A stretch of 64,000 nucleotides of DNA from Selaginella moellendorffii (Eukaryota; Plantae; Lycopodiophyta). The notes under the pieces are model-generated. The model was not told the DNA's origin. It searched no databases and worked only from the letters and a program-made list of their open reading frames with translations. The translations under genes were made by a program, and so were the position numbers. Positions 49,430 to 63,186 of the stretch are shown here, one piece after another (within the stretch, counting starts at the first letter, position 1; the number at the start of each line of letters is the position of its first letter). The stretch covers positions 81,524 to 145,523 of the forward strand of contig NW_003314421.1 of NCBI RefSeq assembly GCF_000143415.4, in the 5' to 3' direction.

Positions 49430-51396
49430 GACTTCCATCAAGAATTGACGACTGGGTACTCACAGGCGATTTCAATTTTGTCAATCATAAAGCAGACAAA
49501 TAGGGGGTAATTCTCACTGATTGCTGTACCCGAGCAGAGCAGCTTGCATGGAACTCCCTCCTGCTACAACTCGGAACATGTGACGCATATGAAATCAATG
49601 GCTTTGTCGTTCATGAACCTCGGTTCACCTGGCAAGAGCGACAGCACAGAGGCATCCAAAGGCAATTGGACCAGTTCTACCTCACCATGGAACTGTGCAT
49701 GCAAGGTGGAAAACTTGACATAGATATCACTTACCTAGAATTCTCGGACCATCGTCCCATTCAGCTCACACTCCCACTTCAGAGGTTGCTAGGACCCAAG
49801 AAACCAAGTGCCATACCCAAGAAGTTCTTCATGGACCCAGCCAACAACCTCCAACTACAAGAACAATGGAAAAAGTACAATGGGGACCTGCACTCTTTCA
49901 CGCTGCAACAGGTTGAGGAAATCTGAGCCAAGATCCAGAAGGACAGATGAGGAGTCTTCAACACAATAAAACCCGTCTGGATAGTCCTGAACTCAATCAA
50001 CACTGGCCTCCAAGACAACCCCGACGACCCTTGGCTGCAAGCCCAGAAGATCCAAGTCAAGCACCAACTTGACAAGATTGAAGCTGATAAAATGGAAGCG
50101 TTCTTACAAGCTGGACACATCCGTTGGCACGCTAGCGAATTCGCACTTAACAAAGAGTTCTACTAGACCATCAAACCCAAGATAATCTCACCCCCAATGT
50201 TTGGACTCAAGGATGAACACGGTCGCCTTTTCACTAACCTCAATGACATGCACACATGGCTGAACAGTACTACACCCAGCTCTTCACGGCAGAACCCTAA
50301 AGTGAGGACCAACAGAGCAAATTGAACCAGGTATTGGACCACATCCCAAGGAAGTACACCTTGACAATGTGCTCCAAACTCACAAAACCCTTCACAATGA
50401 GTGAACTGTGGGACACCCTTCATGATCTCAAAGACGACAAGATGCCAGGAGAAGACGGAATGCCACCGGCATTCTACAAAACCAACTAGGACTGGCTTGG
50501 TCCAGCAGTCCTCAAGACGTGGGAAGAGGTCATGATCACTGGACAATGGCCAACCGGTGCCACAGACGGCCTTATAGAGCTCATCCCCAAAAAGGGAGGA
50601 GACATGTCCCTCCTTAAGAACTGGCACCCCATCTCAATGCTGAACACAATGTACAAGATAGTAGCCAAGGCACTGGCCTTTCGGATCAAACCACTGCTCC
50701 CGGAGACAATTAAAGAGACATAGGTAGGCAGATCATGGACAACCTCCTCACGATCCTACTGGTGCAGGAATACACAAAAGACATGGCAAGCCAAATTGCT
50801 ATCATACTGCTGGGCTTCAAAAAGGCCTACAACTAAGTTGACAGGACAGTCCTCCAAGCCATAATGAGCAAGATAGGGATCCCACAGGCATACATCAGTA
50901 AGACAGCATCCCTGTACCACTCCGCGTCCAGCCGAGTCACCATCAATGGCACTCTAGGCCAATCGTTTAAGCTTCAGAGATCTATGTGCCAAGGCTGCCC
51001 CCTTGCCCTGTACCTCTTCCTGTTCGTTGCAGACACCCTGGCATATTACCTTGCCCAACCTGGAGGCCCGAAAGGGATCTCCCTTCCCAACTGCCAAAAA
51101 TCACTATAGGACATGACACAGCAACCAACAAAGACCTTCTCTCCTCAGCCTTCGCGGACGACACAGGGATCATAGCAGAAGGCTCACCAGCAAATCTATT
51201 GCGTCTCAAGTAGGACCTCGACCTATTCAATGAAGCAATGGGATCAAAAGTGAACTGGTCCAAATCAATGGGCCTATAGCTACCACAGGACCAACCGCCC
51301 ACATGGGGAACCAAATTAGGCTTCAAGTGGGTACACCTAGACAAAACTACCCATCACTATGATCCGGAACCCCAGAACTGTAAGGCTGTCATGAAA
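49430..51396 (+). mobile_element. Degraded L1/Tx1-type LINE ORF2 (APE endonuclease plus RT), interrupted by MULE B
   Basis: WVLTGDFN, RFTW, LDQFYL, FSDHRPI (APE). PGEDG, LIPKKG…KNWHPISMLNTMYKIVAKALA, QGCPL, AFADDT (RT). Confidence 0.88.
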
Positions 51397-51575
51397 GAGC
51401 TAAGGTTGGTTTTGAGCTCATGAGCTAGCTCATGATTTCTCAAACACAAGGAAAACATTGGTTCATCCTGAACCAACATCTTTTCATTTTTCAAGTTTTG
51501 ATTTAATCTATATTTCCAAGTAAATTTGATCAATAAAATACAAATATAAATATAGATCCAAACACTAAAAGCAAT

Positions 51576-52650
51576 CTAGACACACTTCTCAAGCTCTGTA
51601 ATTGTAAGGTTTGTCTGATAAATGTGATGGTCAACCTTAGGATCTTGGTTTAGTTCCTGCATAAAAATGTAATAGATGTGCTTGCAAGCTAAATATACCT
51701 TTTCCTTGTTCTCCTGTGTAAAATCTGGACAGGTACAGACAAGATTTTCACAGATTCTAATAGTGTAGCTCATACCCTTTGACGACTCAGTCACAACAAC
51801 AAACTCTTTAGCCATGGCACTGATGTAATTTATCCTTATGATTGTGCATTTCAACGCCTTTGCCAGCTTGATCTTCTCTTGTGCACCTTTTGAAATGGAA
51901 GATCTATATTGTATAGCCTTCCCATTTCTAGCTGGTCTTGTATGCCGGTCTAGTGTTGACATTGGTGGCATAGCAATATCAATAGCAACATTTGAGGAAG
52001 TTTTCAACTTGAAACCAGCCCTCTCCAGACTTTCAATCTCTTCTTTCAAAAGATTGTAGCTTTGCTCAACTGGCCACTCCTCTGGCATAGAATCTAGCTT
52101 CAAGATAATTGAGCTGTGGATCCGGTTTGTATGAGTAACATCAGTCCCATAACAGTAAATCCAACTTGACTGGCAGCCCTTTACCCCTAGATCTCGACAG
52201 CCCCAGAAACATGGTACTGCTGAAGAACTTGAACCTGAGCGCACAAATGCAAGACACTGATCTGGACTCCCAATCATTCTAGAGCACCGCACATTACTCT
52301 TGACTCTTCGAATTGCCTAGTTGATACGAGAAACTAGCTCACAAGCAATAACCTTCTCAACCTCTGGCACTGGATTTACTTGTGTAACAATTGGCACCTC
52401 CTCCACTCCACGTTCCTTATTTCTTCTCCGGTGTCATGGAACATAATGGTAGTCAAACTCTAGATGGTGAGAGTTAAAAAAAGTGATGTTGGGCCCATCA
52501 AATGTCTGTCAACGCTTCAAATGGGCTGTCCTCATGTCCCCAAGTGGTTCATAACTTTGATTCTATAGGAGTTCCTGTAACAACTTCCCCTACCATCTTA
52601 GATATTGACCCTGCTGCTAGTGTTGTCCCTCTACCAACCCACTCTCGAAG
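51576..52650 (-). pseudogene. MULE transposase C-terminal remnant with SWIM zinc finger
   Basis: ORF 51576-52292: YTIRICENLVCTCPDF…LACKHIYYIF (CxCxnCxH). Confidence 0.8.
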
Positions 52651-55600
52651 CTTAGGTGCCATAGATGGTGGTGTGGAACTTGGTGGTAGAAATGAAGCAC
52701 CTAGTGCTATAGGTGGTGGGGCAGATCTTGGTGGTGGAAATGGCGGACATGTTGTTGCTTCTGAAGGTCACAGAAATGAGGTGGTAACTATGCTAGAGGC
52801 CGACATGATCTTGAATGAGCGAGTACGTGAAACTATTGTCTAGGCTCAAGAATGAACTATTAGCAGGGTGTTAGGTGAAATGGCTTGGAAAGGATCCCAA
52901 CATCTTGAGATTCCACTTTGCCGTCTTAAGTAGAGTCACTGGGTGCGCTCAACCTATGACCTCAACATGGCTATTTATACCTCTTTCACAGAGGTTGGAT
53001 TTAGGCACATTACTAGATTATTTATTGTGTTGTCATCATTCCCCGGAACAAATCGCATAGACATGGTTACTCACGAGATTGAGCAGACTTGGGATCAAAT
53101 ATGGCAGAGGAAATCTCAGGAGTTTGATATTTTGATGGCATGCCACAAGGAGACACAAGCCTTTGTAGGCCGGATGTTCTTCATTATTGATGGAAACCAC
53201 TAGTAGCTTGTGTTTTTGAGATGTATCCAAAAGAAGTTCCAGAATGATGACAAGTGACATATTTGTGTTCTAATGACATTTGTGGAGCCATAGGATCAAA
53301 ACCAAGCTGTGAGGCTCAACTTAGCATGTCACAAGATCAACATGTAAGAATCTTTTACTAGTAACCTTTGTCCTCACCAACTATGTTACAGGCTTAATTA
53401 GTTTGCTTTCCAAGCACATTCCTTGGTCCATGATATCGAGCACCTTCGATATGTTGGCATGCTTTCTCTCGACGAAATCCAGATGCTGTATAGTCGTGAA
53501 GTTATGGAAGCGGTTGAGGCAAAGCTTGTAGCACGTAAAGGCCAAGAGTTGCTTACTTGGTATCAAGTGCCTATGGATTTTTTGGTTGCAGTCTGGGCAA
53601 AGGTATCCTTTTCTTGGATGAACTTATGTTTTCTAGTACTCACAAGTTTTCCTTTTAGCCAATTGTCAAGGCAAAGAAAAACTCATATTTGAAGATTACA
53701 CAAGTGACAGATGAGGTGCAAAAGAACCTTGAACTGCAACAAATTGAGTAGTGCATTTTGAACTCGAAGAAATCAAAGGTGAAGAAGCTACTTGCGATTG
53801 CAGACATTTGCTGCAATAAAGATTGGTTGGATTGCATTGCAGTGATATGTTCTCGTGACAATAAGTTAGTCACTTTTATCTTTCTCATTCCACTTTGAAA
53901 TTCTTGTCCTTGTAGGAAATGGTAAAACACTTGAAGAATTGATCTATAACATTGCAAAAAGCAAGCTCTCCTTCAACGAACAAACCTCTTGCTTGGAGCT
54001 CCTCAACACTTGGCATCGTAACAATGATAAAAGGTTGGAGAGCAAACTTGAGAATGTGATGAAGGAGAAGCTCTATATCACTCAGAGTATTGCGGCTGTT
54101 GAGGAGCTACTTCAAGCTCCTGGGATACGAAGTTCCTTACTAGTGCCTGCATTGGCATAACACTTCCAGAATATGTTCAAGGTTCCCTTCAAGAGCTTGG
54201 GGATGGATGGCTTCCTGATGGTAGCTCAAGCTTTATGGATTTCAGGAACCAGTTGGGCCAACCATTTTTCTCGCGGCACATGGCATATAAGTATATTGCA
54301 AGAAATTGACTTATTTATTTAATCATGGCTCTTTTGTAGGTATTTAAATCATTGCCCAGGTGCTCTAGTGTACACTGCAAGTGTTTTTCTCAAACTCTTA
54401 ACTGGTGGGAAGAAACTTGGCATGTATAAGCTAGAGTTCCATTGTCCCATTGCGCGGGAGTGAGAACTTTGTGCATGGTACTTGGAGTTGTGGAGGCAAA
54501 TGCTATCGTCACCTTTTGAGCTTGATCTCTACCTTGAGTGTCATCTAGGTTTGATGAGTAAAATTTCCTAGTAGTAACTTATGTTTCTACTTTATTGTAG
54601 AGGCACTTTTGGAGGGAGTGGAGATGCCTTAGGATAAGGACGAGATTCATATTGAGCAAACCGAAGACGAATAAGTGGAGAACCCGGCTGAAAACTCTCT
54701 TGCCCCATCTCATCCCATAGCAGTTGCTCATTCCCCAGATCCTACTGCCACTGCTTGTCCAGCCCCGACTGCTCAAAATGTACGAAGGCAGCTCCATAGT
54801 GAGGATGTCCAAAAGTGTAAGAACTTGATTTCCAATGACCTTGCTTATTGTAATTTTGTTGTAGATGTCAGAGAAACCAGCTAGCACTCTATACATCGAC
54901 GTACAAATGCATTCTTTCCATCCCTCCCCACTGCTACAGAGGATGACCTCCAAGAGTTATCTTCATCGGCTTCACATAAACAGGTATGAAAAAAAAACTG
55001 TATTAACTTTAATATTTCCTGGTTTTGAACACTATTCAGGTTTGCCCTCTTTCTCCTATAGGAAGTGGTGGCAATGTGGAAATAGTTATGAGGGACTACT
55101 TTCAGCTTTCCAACAACGTGAGCCGAGAGTCTTCTATGTTGCATCGATGGATGCAAAGATTGGGAATGAACAATACTTTTGGCATCGACCTCGCATTCTT
55201 CGACCTGCCTAATGGGTTACCACCTTTACAAGGTGACACTCCATCCTGGAACATCCTTTGACTGGACCATATTTCTCAAGCAGTGGATGTGGCATCCAAG
55301 GTGTTGTGATATGAGGGCATTATGCTAGTCATTCTTCCCCGTTCTTTATTTTGAGGAGGTTTTCTTGCAACGACAGCGGAGAATGATGACTCTAGACTGG
55401 TTGAGTTTGTATCAGGCTGCCTACTCTCAAACATCCCAGTCGAAACAAAAGGAGCAGGTGGCCAAATCCAAAAGGTTTGCATTTCCTTATTTTTCATATC
55501 TTAAATTGATTGCCTCTTTTCATTATAGGTTTTAGCATGGAACTACCATGCTCTCTACTGCTACTCTTGCCATCACAGTATTATATGAGCTGATGAGTGT

Positions 55601-56642
55601 GCAGGTTTGGCATTTCCAAGATATGATAGCTCAACAGATATCTGTAAGCGACTAAATTTTCCATTCTACTTTAGTCACTTAACCACACCTCTGACCACTT
55701 GGAGGAGTCTCATTCACAACCTCCATAAGTCCAATCCAGGACTTGGGACTTGCTAGCCCCGAGAATGGCATCCATGCCACTCAACATTTGCACTTGGTTC
55801 AAGTGCTCCACGTGTCCGATCCCATGACCGACACTCAAAGGTACCACCGACATAGCAGCCCGTTACGCTAAGGCCATGCCCAATCACCTTTGCCACACTG
55901 GTAGTCCAATACCACTTGCATCACCATCTTGGCTCTCCAAGACTAGGCAAACCATCCGTGAGTGGTCATCTCAGATCCACTCCTTAGCATCCTCAGGATG
56001 CCCACCGACAAGGGGAATAGCCTTCCCCAATATCCCTCTGTTAGTCCCCACTAAGTCCCTTTCTGCCCCTGGCCGTGTTTGCCAACACTGCCACTAGATC
56101 GAGACCCACAGGCCCGACCACTAAGTCCCACGGTCCTCTGGGACTTCCTCACCACACGACTGTGTCCTTGGTCACTACCCCAGAGGACTGCTCCTCTTCC
56201 TTTCCACAGTCTGGGCCTTTGGGACAACATTTCGGAACACCGTGGCCTTACGCGAGCCACCTGGGTACTCTCCTCGTCTTCTGCCCTTGGGTGCTCTAGC
56301 CATGGGCTTAGAGCGGGTTCCGTTGAGCCACACCAGGTATCCAAGTAGGTAGTGCCACCCACACTTGGACTGGGAGCATCAGCCAGTCGATCTCCCGGGG
56401 GAACTAGAGCCGGCTCTTGAACACTTCACCAAGCTACCCCGCTTGTCGGTCTGTGTTCACTCTAGTCTTGGACTTCCCAGTGGGCAGCTCATCACCCAAC
56501 ACTGGGTCCGGCCTTCCTGGGCCAAACTGGCCTTTCCTGGCCAAACTGGCTCCACTGCAGTCCTCCCCCTACTATACTTTTGGAGCTCACCAAACCCCCC
56601 AGGGTCTGGGAGACGAACGCTTTGGGCTTTCACCCTCTCAGG

Positions 56643-56750
56643 CTCCGGACTCGGACTTGGACTCGGACTCGGACTCGGACTCGGATTCGGACTCGGACTC
56701 GGGCTCGGGCTCGGTCTCGGCCTCGGCCTCGGTCTTGGTCTCGGTCCCGA

Positions 56751-56781
<31 letters not shown>

Positions 56782-57225
56782 TCCGGTCTCGGTCCCGGTC
56801 TCAGTCTCGACTTCGGACTCCATCTCGGACTCCATCTCGGACTCCATCTCGGACTCCATCTCGGGTCCATCTCGGGTCCATCTCGGACTCCATCTCGGGT
56901 CCATCTCGGACTCCATCTCGGACTCCATTTCGGGTCCATCTCGGGTCCACCTCGGACTCCATCTCGGACTCCATCTCGGGTCCATCTTGGACTCCACTTC
57001 GGACTCCAACTCGGGTCCATCTCGGGTCCACCTCGGACTCCACTTCGGACTCCATCCCGGACTCCATCTCGGGTCCATCTCGGACTCCACTTCGGACTCC
57101 AACTCGGGTCCATCTCGGACTCCACTTCGGACTCCAACTCGGGTCCATCTCGGACTCCACTTCAGACTCCAACTCGGGTCCATCTCGGACTCCACTTCGG
57201 ACTCCAACTCGAGTCCATCTCGGAC
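56643..57225. repeat. 6/12-bp tandem repeat tract within LTR
   Basis: (CTCGGA)n, (CTCGGT)n, (CTCGGACTCCAT)n. Confidence 0.9.
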
Positions 57226-60200
57226 ACTCCCACGTGTCATGTGTTGGTCCTTTTGGGTCCCTTTTTGGAGCCTCGCCTTTTGCTCGCTTCGTGCTCGTTC
57301 CTCGAGCACTTCGTTGGGAGTTCCACTCCCTCTCTTGACTTTTCAAGTCGGAGCTTTTGGTCCAAACGTGTTACGCTCGTTTGGCTCTCACTTCGGCCAC
57401 TACCATGTGGCGCCCTTCCAGCTCCCCTTTGGGGCCTAGGGATTTTGTGTCTCACAACTCCACCACCCATAGACGAAGTTCGATGTCCTCATCGAACGGT
57501 AAACCATTTTGTAAAGTAACACTCGCATGTGTTACCATTTCCATCCTTGGCACCTAGCCAATATTTGTCAATGGTTTGACATTGAAGGCTCACCATGCCT
57601 TCTCCATATTCGTCAATGGTTTGACATTGAAGGCTCACCATGCCTTTTGCATAGGCCTCCATGGTTTGACACCAAAGGCTCACCATGCCTTGCCTATCCT
57701 CTAAGGAGGGTAGTCTCTCCAACTTAGAGATTGATTGGACCACATGTAGTGGTTCTCTCCTTTTATTGGTTTAGTCCTCGCTAAACCTCTTAGAGACCCT
57801 TCTCTAAGTCAATCCCACTACTCCTTCTCGAGTAGTCTCGATTTCCATCGATATAACCTTTGCACTTTGGAACTTTGAATTTTGACTTCTTGGAGTCAAT
57901 TTCCTAGGTGTCTCCGACACCTTGCCTTGCACCTTTTTGTGCAACTCCACTTCCCATCCTAGGAAGTTCTCTACTCGAGGGCACCATCATCCTCTCTTCT
58001 ATTTCGTGCCAAAGTTCCAGTTATCATACTTTGTGCTAGGGCTGTTCATGGCCCTATCATTTGGCTACCTTACCGCTCCCTCCCTTGGAGCTTCCACTTT
58101 CGCCAAATCGGAGCATTTCGGAATCCCTCCTTGGAAACACACTTCCTTTCCCGCAACTTGTTAGCGTCCAACACATTAGTGTTCCTCGCCTAACTTTGTC
58201 ACTTGGATTCCTTCCAAGGGATTCCACGGCCCTATCTTGGCCACTCATCTTTTGCTCCTATCCGTTGATTGTTGCACCAAGCAACATCGAATCTCTACCT
58301 CCCTTCTTGAGGTATTGTTTCGGTTCCATAGCAAAGACTCTTCTTTGCCAAGTCCGGAGGATGTTCACCCCTAGTACGTCTCTTTAGCATCTTCTGCTAT
58401 GGGCTCTATCCACGGCCCAACTTCGTGACCCTCCCATGGGCCTTTTATAGAGACTACTTTCCTCGGACTCACTATGCCATCGCCCGGACATAGTTTATTT
58501 CCCTTAGGTGCTCTTCCCACTTGGTCATCACGACCAAGCCACACCACCTTAAACAGTTCAATTTCAACATTTTGAACCAGGAACTTCATTCCTTAGCCAA
58601 CCAAGGACCTTGTCCTTATCTGGCCATAAGATCACCTAGTGATCTCACCTTGGCACCTTAACAGAGTTGCCAAGAGGTACTAGGTCTTCTAGACCTCCAA
58701 GTTGTTGACTATAACCCCGGGGGCATCCCCCACACTTGGCGGTGCACCCAAGCCAGCCCTTACGGCCAAGGGTTCATAGCAACTGAGATTAGGTGTCCCC
58801 ATCTCACTCACCACGACCTTGGTGCCACTTGCACCAAAGCGTTCAAGTTAGATATGCTGAGCTTTCACACTAAGCAATCTAACCGTGCATCACGACTCCG
58901 AGGCATCCCTCGCTTGGCGGTGTGCCCAAACCAGTCTCCCCACTGAGAGTCCATGACCACCGAAATATGAGTGTCCTCATATTCCAAACCATCACCACGC
59001 CCTAGTGATTTGGGACTCGAACCCAAGCACTAGAGGGTCGGGACTCGAACCCAACCTCCGTATATGCATCTACGGACGGCATCACACAAGATGCCTGGCG
59101 TGACTCCCCACGCCGGTGCACCAACTTATTATTTTTAAAGCGCGCTATAGATCACAGCTTAGGAACCTAGTTCCTCCACACTGCCAAGTCCTCTCACTTG
59201 ACATGTCTATGATCATGCATGAACTCCTCCATGCTCGGCCCCATGGCCCACCCTTTTTGAAGTTATCACCTTCAACTAGGGTCTTTGTTCCCCCGACGTG
59301 CCAATCTCACTTGGCAAGTCCTCCGACCATTGTAACATGGTTCCTGCATAAGCGTGAAAGTCCTTGACCATCGACTTTCGTTCAAAGCCCTCTCTTTGAA
59401 CACTCGGGAACTACTTCCCTAACCTTGATAACCTTGCCTCGTGGCAAGCTTCAAGACCACGCTTCTGCTGCGCCACTCTGATTTCGCGCGTTCCATGAAC
59501 CATTTACACTTGGCCTTTCTAGGTACTACGCTACCTAGAATCCTCTTTGGGAACTTTGAAGGAACTCTGTCCCTTAGCTTGCTAAGGCCTCCCTTTTTGC
59601 AAGCCTTCCAAATGCCACATAGTCTAACATGGACAATTCCATATTTTAGACTCTCCATGGCATCATGGTTGCTAGCGGCAACACCCTCGAGCCCCCACTT
59701 GATTCTCCACTCCCAGCTGGCATAACCAACCTTGGTTATGCCCTTTGATTCCTACGGTTCGGTTCTATCCCCTTACTTCTTGCTTTTTGGCTTCACACCT
59801 TTCCTTTGGTCATTCTCCTCCAGACCAGGAGGATAGCTTTGCACTTTCTATCATGCTTTAGCAAGTATTCTTAGGGATGAACCTACCCAATAGCCTAGGG
59901 AGTGGTTCCTCAATCCGGGTATGCTCACCTTATAATCCCACACACTGGGATTACATTGTTGCTTATGGGCCTTTACATGCCCATCACTAGCCTTGCCAAA
60001 ATTCCATTTTTGGCTTTGTCCAACTTGGGTAGACAGTCCTCTCCTGTCTCTGCAACTTTGGACATTTGGATAGCACCTTCTATCCATCATTCGCTAGGGA
60101 CTTAGTCCCTTGGGCTTTATCCATTGCCCTCGCGACATCAAACACCACCTTCTGGTGTTCTAGAGTGTTTAGGTGTCCCAATGATGGCTTTCTTGACAAT

Positions 60201-62603
60201 GAGTATTTCCTTTTATGACATTGACTTACTATATCGCAACACAAGCAACTTATCCCTCGTAAGGGTATATCCGACTTCCCTATGCTATTAAGAAGTCTTG
60301 GGTAGCTACCTTCTACCCGTTTAACCAGTTATTTTGCACCTCTTGCTTAGTTGCCCCATAGTTGTCAAGTCCTACAACTCATTGCTTGGTGCTTTCACAC
60401 CTCCATCATTATCTGGGTCACCACACTCCAACTGCATGCTCTGCAGCTTAGGCTATGCCATTCCCATTTCTATTGGGATTCCTTTGGCAAGGGGTTCTCA
60501 TGAACCCACCAACATAGCCTCAAGGTATCACACCTTGGCACATTTGGTGTCTCCACACCATCGGCTCCACGAGCCTACCTCTATGACATTTCCCCTTCGT
60601 GTCTAAGTCTTTGCCAAGACCAACACTACTCTTTCTCATGCCAACCATCCGTTAGCACTGCACCATAGAGGTCACACACAACTTTATGTCAAAGTTGTTT
60701 TCTTCTGGGAACACCTTTCCCATAACTTTAGCATGGCACATTTTGCCATCGATGAGATACCCTTTGTTCTCATCCTTGGATCCTATGATCCCCCCCCATC
60801 CTTTGTGGGGTACAACACACCTCAGTCCAAATGCTTCCATCAGTCCTTTTAGGACCATCCGTTGACTCTACTTGAGTCGTCCAGCAGTTTTGGACTTGGT
60901 TAATCCACAGACCCGTAAGGTCCTACTTGTGAGGCATTAGCTCACTGGAATACACTTCTTGCATTCCTGTCCTACTCAAAAGGACTATTTTCACAAGTGT
61001 TACTCCGACACTTGATTTTGTTCTCTGGGGGCAACCTTTGCCCCTTAGGACTACTTGTCCATGTGATGAGAACACCAACTCACCCACTTAATACACCCCC
61101 AACTCCTTGGGTTGTTCCAGCATTTATTAGAGGTAGCCCCGGCTACCTTTTCAAGGACTTGAGTCCTCTTCCGTATTTGACCTCCCACGGTCATTACTTC
61201 TGGTCTCACATTCATGAGCACAAACCTCAACTATATGAGGAAAATCTTGTGACTCCTTTATTGCTTTGGAGTCTTTATCTTTCCCGTGATCCCAACTGTA
61301 GTTGTTTACCACAACTACATTAGCTAGTTTGCTAAGTCAAACGCTCATCTGGATCACATCCTCAACTCTTTGAGGAAAACCATATACTGTTCCCAAGATC
61401 CCAAAGTCGTTCCATTATTGGCCCTTTTCTATCCACCACCTCGTCTACAAGTTCACACATGAACTGTAATGGAGAGCCATGTCTTCCCGACTTGCTACTC
61501 CTCAAGGATAGGCCCACTCCTCGGACCTTGCGATGCCAACACTAGTGGTGATATACTTGAGCACCAATAAAAGTCGGACTAAGGAACAGCTCCGATACCA
61601 AATTGTAAGCGACTAAATTTTCCATTCTACTTTAGTCACTTAACCACACCTCTGACCACTTGGAGGAGTCTCATTCACAACCTCCATAAGTCCAATCCAG
61701 GACTTGGGACTTGCTAGCCTCGAGAATGGCATCCATGCCACTCAACATTTGCACTTGGTTCAAGTGCTCCACGTGTCCGATCCCATGACCGACACTCAAA
61801 GGTACCACCGACATAGCAGCCCGTTACGCTAAGGCCATGCCCAATCACCTTTGCCACACTGGTAGTCCAATACCACTTGCATCACCATCTTGGCTCTCCA
61901 AGACTAGGCAAACCATCCGTGAGTGGTCATCTCAGATCCACTCCTTAGCATCCTCAGGATGCCCACCGACAAGGGGAATAGCCTTCCCCAATATCCCTCT
62001 GTTAGTCCCCACTAAGTCCCTTTCTGCCCCTGGCCGTGTTTGCCAACACTGCCACTAGATCGAGACCCACAGGCCCGACCACTAAGTCCCACGGTCCTCT
62101 GGGACTTCCTCACCACACGACTGTGTCCTTGGTCACTACCCCAGAGGACTGCTCCTCTTCCTTTCCACAGTCTGGGCCTTTGGGACAACATTTCGGAACA
62201 CCGTGGCCTTACGCGAGCCACCTGGGTACTCTCCTCGTCTTCTGCCCTTGGGTGCTCTAGCCATGGGCTTAGAGCGGGTTCCGTTGAGCCACACCAGGTA
62301 TCCAAGTAGGTAGTGCCACCCACACTTGGACTGGGAGCATCAGCCAGTCGATCTCCCGGGGGAACTAGAGCCGGCTCTTGAACACTTCACCAAGCTACCC
62401 CGCTTGTCGGTCTGTGTTCACTCTAGTCTTGGACTTCCCAGTGGGCAGCTCATCACCCAACACTGGGTCCGGCCTTCCTGGGCCAAACTGGCCTTTCCTG
62501 GCCAAACTGGCTCCACTGCAGTCCTCCCCCTACTATACTTTTGGAGCTCACCAAACCCCCCAGGGTCTGGGAGACGAACGCTTTGGGCTTTCACCCTCTC
62601 AGG

Positions 62604-62711
62604 CTCCGGACTCGGACTTGGACTCGGACTCGGACTCGGACTCGGATTCGGACTCGGACTCGGGCTCGGGCTCGGTCTCGGCCTCGGCCTCGGTCTTGGT
62701 CTCGGTCCCGA

Positions 62712-62742
<31 letters not shown>

Positions 62743-63186
62743 TCCGGTCTCGGTCCCGGTCTCAGTCTCGACTTCGGACTCCATCTCGGACTCCATCTCG
62801 GACTCCATCTCGGACTCCATCTCGGGTCCATCTCGGGTCCATCTCGGACTCCATCTCGGGTCCATCTCGGACTCCATCTCGGACTCCATTTCGGGTCCAT
62901 CTCGGGTCCACCTCGGACTCCATCTCGGACTCCATCTCGGGTCCATCTTGGACTCCACTTCGGACTCCAACTCGGGTCCATCTCGGGTCCACCTCGGACT
63001 CCACTTCGGACTCCATCCCGGACTCCATCTCGGGTCCATCTCGGACTCCACTTCGGACTCCAACTCGGGTCCATCTCGGACTCCACTTCGGACTCCAACT
63101 CGGGTCCATCTCGGACTCCACTTCAGACTCCAACTCGGGTCCATCTCGGACTCCACTTCGGACTCCAACTCGAGTCCATCTCGGAC
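62604..63186. repeat. 6/12-bp tandem repeat tract within second LTR
   Basis: Same tract as 56643-57225. Confidence 0.9.

Noticed and set aside
51355-51360. CACTA transposon terminus
   Set aside because: The MULE terminus aligns at 51397 and the intervening bases fit continued LINE sequence.
56365-57519. Long ORFs in many frames (also 62326-63429)
   Set aside because: Artefacts of stop-free 6/12-bp tandem repeats inside the LTRs.
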